Below, in pieces: positions 59,286-64,000 of a stretch of 64,000 bases of DNA. Below the pieces are notes generated by a model. That model did no database searches. It was not told the origin of the DNA and saw only the letters and a list, made by a program, of their open reading frames with translations. Made by a program: the position numbers and the translations under genes. The DNA comes from Patescibacteria group bacterium (GTDB lineage: Bacteria > Patescibacteriota > Minisyncoccia > Phycocordibacterales > UBA9973): assembly GCA_040390725.1 (NCBI GenBank), contig JAZJXT010000006.1:64367-128366 (forward strand), written 5' to 3'. The stretch's first letter is position 1, and every line of letters starts with the position of its first letter.

Positions 59286-59545
59286 AAATATGTGAATTTA
59301 TTTTAATCCTAACTCGCTCGAAATCAATAAAGTGTGAGGCAAGACCTCGCACAAATCTTTTGGTGGGACTGGCAAATGACTGGAACAAATACCCATAAAA
59401 TGATAAAATCATTTTATGAATCGAGATTTGCCACAAAATTGAGAAATCTTATAACAAAATACCCAGACAAAATATTTTACTTAGATATAAATGACTGGAA
59501 AATGCGTATTAAGCAAATTGTTCTTTAAAAAATTAACAAAAGGAA

Positions 59546-59575
59546 AACGCCGTACAGGCCGGCGTTTTCTAAGGA
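59546..59575 (+). terminator. rho-independent terminator
   Basis: AACGCCG-tacaggc-CGGCGTT followed by TTCT. Confidence 0.55.
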
Positions 59576-59739
59576 CACTATTAGTATAGCAAGAGGGTAT
59601 TTTTTGTCAAATTTTTTAAATTCGGGAAAAGCTTATAAAATAAGGATTTTATAAGCTCATGACTTACCGAAAGTTGGTATACTTTATTTTAAAAAAACTA
59701 ATTTGCCCATATTTTGTATTTTTTATATAATTAAAATAT

Positions 59740-60762
59740 ATGGATTTACTTATAAACATATACGGTACGAAAGTTAGTTGCACAAAAGAACGCATTGTAT
59801 TATCTTTTCCAAAAACCAAAGGCATCTCAAGAAAAAAGGAAGAATATCCTATTAGACAAATTGAAAAAATAATTATTATTCGCGCTTCTTCTATCACAAT
59901 GCATGCCGTAAAGTTAGCGCTAGACAATGACGTTGATATATCTTTTTTGGGAAGATTCGGCAAACCGATAGGAAGATTTTTATCGAGCGAGCCGAAAGGT
60001 TTGGCTTCAATACGAAGAGCTCAACTTGAAGTTGCGATTTCTCCTGAACAATCCTTTGATTTCGCAAAATTATTCATAAAAATAAAATGTGAAAACCAAA
60101 TAGCTCAAATGTATAATTGGGCTGGAAAATATGGAAAAAATCTTACAAATGAAATAGGACAAGCAAAAGCGATGCTGGACAACATAGATGGCATTCCGGC
60201 GGGCAAAAAAGACAGAGACCAACTCCGAGGAATAGAAGGACGAATAGCCACACGTTATTTTTCAGCTTTAAGAAAATTTTTTATTTTCCCTGGAAGGAAA
60301 CCGCAAGGCAAAGACAAATTTAATAATGCCGTAAATTATGGATATGGATTTATATATAACGAAATAGAAAAAGCATGCTTTGATGCTGGACTTGATCCGA
60401 GTGTCGGACTTCTTCATGCTGAAGGATACAGTAAATCTTCTTTGGTATATGATCTAATTGAAGAATTTAGGGTGCCTGCTGTTGATTCTGTAATATTCCC
60501 TCTTTTTATGGAACTAAAAATTGACCGCCAAAAATGTTTTGAAAGAGTTAGTAAATATGAATACAGACTTTCCACTGAAGGAAAATCCGTGATAGCTTCT
60601 GCTGTGCTTACTCGGTTAAATGAAAAATTTTTATGGAAAGGTAAAAATTTATTTCTAAAAGATATCATCAAAGAACAATCTCGCTCCATTGCTCGCGCTT
60701 TTTTAGGAAAAGAAATATACACTCCTTTCAAATTTAAACCATTATATTCGCCACTAAGATGA
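59740..60762 (+). CDS. cas1: CRISPR-associated endonuclease Cas1
   Basis: 340 aa; catalytic E-H-E(D) triad in the canonical contexts LRGIEGRIATRYF, NAVNYGYGFIYNEI...GLDPSVGLLHAEGYSKSSLVYDLIEEFRVPAVD. Confidence 0.8.
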   Translation: MDLLINIYGTKVSCTKERIVLSFPKTKGISRKKEEYPIRQIEKIIIIRASSITMHAVKLALDNDVDISFLGRFGKPIGRFLSSEPKGLASIRRAQLEVAISPEQSFDFAKLFIKIKCENQIAQMYNWAGKYGKNLTNEIGQAKAMLDNIDGIPAGKKDRDQLRGIEGRIATRYFSALRKFFIFPGRKPQGKDKFNNAVNYGYGFIYNEIEKACFDAGLDPSVGLLHAEGYSKSSLVYDLIEEFRVPAVDSVIFPLFMELKIDRQKCFERVSKYEYRLSTEGKSVIASAVLTRLNEKFLWKGKNLFLKDIIKEQSRSIARAFLGKEIYTPFKFKPLYSPLR

Positions 60763-61055
60763 ACAATATTTCTTCTGCAACTCTTATAAGCTGGGAAACT
60801 CGCAACATGAAAAAACATATTAAGGCAATAAGCTATTGTAAAGATTATGGACTGCACCCAATTCTTGGCAATCTTTTTATTGGTAAACTATTAGTAAAAG
60901 AGAGGAAAACAATCCTTACTAATTTAAAAAAAATCTTTACTAAAAAAACTGATAAGGTCTTTTCAGGTGTATTTTGTGAATCATGTTTTAATAACCTTGA
61001 ACAACCCATAAAAAATACAGTTCCTATTTTACCGGCCTTTAAAATAATAAGCTAA
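60759..61055 (+). CDS. cas2: CRISPR-associated protein Cas2 (probable)
   Basis: 98 aa; overlaps cas1 by 4 bp (ATGA); Cas2-like spacing of hydrophobic residues and CxxYG (ISYCKDYG); weaker call than cas1. Confidence 0.55.
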   Translation: MNNISSATLISWETRNMKKHIKAISYCKDYGLHPILGNLFIGKLLVKERKTILTNLKKIFTKKTDKVFSGVFCESCFNNLEQPIKNTVPILPAFKIIS

Positions 61056-61242
61056 ATTAGAAAATTATTTTATTTGACAAAATCTACTAAAGTGGAAAAT
61101 AACCTATTATTTCCTGGCTCTTCACTAACCGTGTCGCAAAAAGGATATTGTGTAACCTTACGACGTCTCACCTTACAATATCCGAGACCACAAGGGGGCA
61201 CAAAACCATAAAAGCGGCGACGAGAAATTATTTGTGACTAAA

Positions 61243-61560
61243 TTAAATAGATGGATCTAAGATAGTCGAAGGGTTGCTTAAAATATTTGCTGAGTTTTTT
61301 TCACGCATAGAGAACATGTCCAGAATTTTTTGAATACGTTTTGAGTTGAGCATATCTTTTGAAGCTTGAGTATTTGCGACATCTGCATTTATATCTTTAT
61401 TATTTTGAATAAAAAGATAAAACCCAAAAGAAAATGATGCTATAAATATGGCTAGTAATATATACAAGGCCAAGCGCCAGTTTTGACTCGGGCTTATCTT
61501 GCTCCACCTGCTGTGAGAGAATTTATTTTTTGTTTTAAATAGTTTTATTTTTATATTCAT
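61243..61560 (-). CDS. membrane-anchored hypothetical protein at end of pilMNO operon (PilP-like position)
   Basis: 105 aa with single TM; immediately downstream of pilO. Confidence 0.35.
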   Translation of the reverse strand: MNIKIKLFKTKNKFSHSRWSKISPSQNWRLALYILLAIFIASFSFGFYLFIQNNKDINADVANTQASKDMLNSKRIQKILDMFSMREKNSANILSNPSTILDPSI

Positions 61561-61575
61561 ATATTTTTTATTATT

Positions 61576-62121
61576 TTATTTATTTAAAAAAGATATAAGG
61601 GTTACTTTTAAGTTCATAGACCATATTGTACCTCTGGACAATTTTGCTTCCGCATCTGACAAGACCTTTTTCTGCAAATCTAAAAAAGAAAAATCGAATT
61701 CATATGGGGAATTTTCTAAAAGAGCTATCAATTTATGCAAAGATATAAAACTCCCTTCTGCTTTGATTTGTACTTCTAGTCCGGTGCCGTCTTTGCTCAA
61801 ATCAACAGAAGAAAATTCTGCATTAGCGCCGGCTTTTTTGGCTAATGCTTGCAATGTATCTAAAAATGGCACAGGGTCTGAACTATCAGCAAAATGTCCC
61901 GCCAATAAATCTCGCTCATCTTTGATAGCTTTTGCTTCGGAATTCAAAGCACTGATCTTTGCGCGACTATTGTATTCATCTTGTGTTTGCTGATTTAATA
62001 AAATCAAATCTGCATTCTTTGCATTTAAATTGTTAAAAATATAAAAGAACGCTCCTAATGCAATAGCTATAAAAAATACTGCGAGAAATATTTGAAATAT
62101 AATGTTGTTTGGTTTTTTCAT
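61576..62121 (-). CDS. pilO: type IV pilus assembly protein PilO-like
   Basis: 181 aa; N-terminal TM plus coiled-coil; position after pilN. Confidence 0.55.
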   Translation of the reverse strand: MKKPNNIIFQIFLAVFFIAIALGAFFYIFNNLNAKNADLILLNQQTQDEYNSRAKISALNSEAKAIKDERDLLAGHFADSSDPVPFLDTLQALAKKAGANAEFSSVDLSKDGTGLEVQIKAEGSFISLHKLIALLENSPYEFDFSFLDLQKKVLSDAEAKLSRGTIWSMNLKVTLISFLNK

Positions 62122-62122
62122 A

Positions 62123-62662
62123 TTATTTGGCTGTTAAATTTAAATCAAAATTAATATTTTCACCTTTAACAAAATTAGAAATAGGCAGGTCAACACTAGA
62201 AAAATCAGGGTCAGCTTCGAGCATCTGCCTAAACAACAAGAGTCGCTCTCTATTGGGTGCTACGCCGTTTAATTTTATATTTTTTACTCCATCTTTTTTC
62301 TCATAATTAATATCTGTTATTTTTATATCGGGCATTTTTCTAGATATAATTTCATCCACAACTTTATCCAAAATTGAGAAATTATTTTTTTCCGCATTTT
62401 CAATCAAAGAGATTTTCATATTTATGTCTTTGATTGCGCCCATGGTCTCTTTGTCCGGCACCGATACCGGTAAATTTTTCAAACTTTCCAGTTTTGCAGA
62501 TGCGAAATTTTCACCCACAGAAGACATGAAATACGAAGGCAATAATGCAAATAAAGCCATCAAAAAACAAGCCCCTGCTATGTATAAATAAAACACAAAC
62601 ATCCGCACGTGATATTTCGATGCAATGTTTTTCTTTTCTTCAACTGGTAATAAATTAATCAT
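62123..62662 (-). CDS. pilN: type IV pilus assembly protein PilN
   Basis: 179 aa; MINLLPVEEKK...single TM, the typical PilN N-terminus; overlaps the pilM stop. Confidence 0.65.
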   Translation of the reverse strand: MINLLPVEEKKNIASKYHVRMFVFYLYIAGACFLMALFALLPSYFMSSVGENFASAKLESLKNLPVSVPDKETMGAIKDINMKISLIENAEKNNFSILDKVVDEIISRKMPDIKITDINYEKKDGVKNIKLNGVAPNRERLLLFRQMLEADPDFSSVDLPISNFVKGENINFDLNLTAK

Positions 62663-63737
62663 ATTTTAAATCCGCCAAAGCGAGCCCTATCGCCGTAGCA
62701 TAACCCATTGATTCTTCAAATGATATCTCGGGTATATAATCTGCTGGAAGAGCAACATTACTCCACACATCCGCCAATTCAACCTTTTGATGCATACCTA
62801 TGGAAAGATACTCAGAAAATCCAGCCAAATTCGCACCCCTTCCGCATAAAATTATTTTTTTAATAGGAGGCCTTTCTTTCCCGTCTTCCCCCCTGGTGGT
62901 GTGCCAATATATAAAGTGTTTATTTATTTCATCACGCAAAATAGAAACACCATTTAAAAGAGTTGAAAATACTTCTTGATTTTCAGTATTGCGTGTAAGC
63001 CCGTATTTTATTTTCATTTTTTCCGCCTCGGTAAAAGTAACTTTAAAATTCTTTTCAATTAATTTAGTCAACATTTCTCCACCGGTATCGAGAGTCGAAG
63101 TAAAAACAACTATCCCCCTACTTATTATGGCTATACCGGTACGATTATTACCACAATCCAAGATCATGTATGCATCCATGTCACCCTCCTTTACTACAGC
63201 ACGAGCCAGTGCCTGCGCTTCAAGCTCGAAAGACGGCACCACCAACCCGCAATCTTTAAAAATATATAAATAACTTTCTATGACTGATTTTTGAATCGCC
63301 GCGACTTCAACTTCAAAATTTTGTTCGTCTTCTTGCAATAACTCATAATCAAAAACAACTTCTGCTGGTGGTATAGGCACATACTCTTCCAGAGAGAGCT
63401 CGATCATCTCACGGATATTCCCCGCCCCCTCTCTTGGTACTTTTAATTTAAAAAGATATATTTGTTCTTCCGGCAAAGAAACCCTAACAGAGCTGATACC
63501 TTCTTCTTTGGAAAGCGACAAAAGAATATCTTTCAAATGTTTCGGTTCAGCTATTTTGCCTGATTCGATAATACCTGATGGAATACTTCTTTCCCCGAAA
63601 CGTCCCAAACGCACACCATCACGCGTCTCTAAAAATTCCAAAAATTTAATTGATACATCAGAAATATCAAGCCCGAAAGAAGGCTTGGAAAGATATTTCG
63701 GTGTAGGGAAAAATTTATTATGCATCTTATGCGACAT
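62655..63737 (-). CDS. pilM: type IV pilus assembly protein PilM (actin-like ATPase fold)
   Basis: FGLDISDVSIKFLEF start typical of PilM; about 360 aa; the ORF extends to 63779, but start is placed at an internal Met (63737) to avoid overlap with the upstream gene. Confidence 0.7.
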   Translation of the reverse strand: MSHKMHNKFFPTPKYLSKPSFGLDISDVSIKFLEFLETRDGVRLGRFGERSIPSGIIESGKIAEPKHLKDILLSLSKEEGISSVRVSLPEEQIYLFKLKVPREGAGNIREMIELSLEEYVPIPPAEVVFDYELLQEDEQNFEVEVAAIQKSVIESYLYIFKDCGLVVPSFELEAQALARAVVKEGDMDAYMILDCGNNRTGIAIISRGIVVFTSTLDTGGEMLTKLIEKNFKVTFTEAEKMKIKYGLTRNTENQEVFSTLLNGVSILRDEINKHFIYWHTTRGEDGKERPPIKKIILCGRGANLAGFSEYLSIGMHQKVELADVWSNVALPADYIPEISFEESMGYATAIGLALADLKYD

Positions 63738-63744
63738 GTATATA

Positions 63745-64000
63745 TTATACCTTATTTCTCCTAAAAAATGCCAGGACAAGCGGGGTAAAGGAAATAATTA
63801 TCATTAAAAGAATTATTGGCAAAATATATTGATCTATATTATTAAAACGAGTACCCAAAAAATACCCTGACAATGTCATTATGCCCGTCCAAAAAAATCC
63901 ACCAAAAATATTATAAAAAAAGAAAGTTTTATATTCCATATTGCCTGCTCCTGCAAAAATAGGTGCAAAAGTACGCACTATCGGCACGAAGCGCGCCAAG
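63745..64000 (-). CDS. DedA/SNARE-associated family membrane protein, C-terminal part (gene continues beyond window end)
   Basis: RFVPIVRTFAPIFAGAGNMEYKTFFFYNIFGGFFWTG matches the conserved DedA C-terminal region; no upstream boundary within the window. Confidence 0.5.
   Translation of the reverse strand, partial: LARFVPIVRTFAPIFAGAGNMEYKTFFFYNIFGGFFWTGIMTLSGYFLGTRFNNIDQYILPIILLMIIISFTPLVLAFFRRNKV

Noticed and set aside
59334-59528. 64-aa ORF between zur and cas1
   Set aside because: Trp-rich and no homology; more likely a non-coding leader or UTR ending at the terminator at 59546-59575. Cannot exclude a small protein.
59286-61242. CRISPR array flanking cas1-cas2
   Set aside because: No regularly spaced direct repeats. 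Only isolated palindromes are present (gcttataaaat-aagg-attttataagc at about 59632-59658; ggatattgt...acaatatcc at about 61143-61186), each occurring once.

Overview
AT-rich window (roughly mid-30s % GC) with small, tightly packed genes and an architecture typical of a Candidate Phyla Radiation / Patescibacteria-like bacterium; the lineage call is inference from gene content only.

Layout, left to right:
- 1-4.2 kb: partial folP, then rplK-nusG-secE, SIMPL, FKBP and murB.
- 5.7-16.8 kb: a minus-strand metal/redox operon. Its genes, from the sensor kinase end, are a sensor histidine kinase, a receiver-only response regulator, a cupredoxin, csoR with a perfect operator palindrome, a small gene, a CopB-type (CPH-motif) P1B ATPase, a multicopper oxidase, a membrane-anchored NirK-like copper nitrite reductase, an SDR and an NRAMP transporter.
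- 16.9-24.4 kb: a putative integrated element ending in a large serine recombinase whose 3' end overlaps tRNA-His. It carries two unknown cargo genes, secreted proteins, a replication/HTH gene, an excisionase-like gene and a pair of structured repeat elements.
- 24.5-29.3 kb: a P-type ATPase, VanW and a C39-like peptidase.
- 29.3-36.3 kb: tRNA-Leu, rplS, then three tandem paralogs of a ~570-aa cytoplasmic cysteine-rich protein. Each paralog has homologous zinc-ribbon-like N- and C-termini; the proteins could not be assigned to any family I recognise (no search was run). A HicAB toxin-antitoxin pair sits between paralogs 2 and 3, and rluA follows.
- 36.5-54.8 kb: a type IV pilus / adhesin island. 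It holds pilB and pilC, several prepilin-like proteins, a vWA pilin, a 1869-aa Ig-like adhesin and a major pilin. Interleaved among them are MazF-like, Fic and NYN-domain genes; the MazF-like and NYN genes share a conserved promoter cassette.
- 54.9-59.3 kb: tRNA-Val and tRNA-Arg, a YibE/F-like membrane protein, then znuABC and zur.
- 59.7-64.0 kb: a solitary cas1-cas2 pair with no array or effector in view, then pilM-pilN-pilO and a partial dedA-family gene.

No rRNA genes and no CRISPR array were found in the window.
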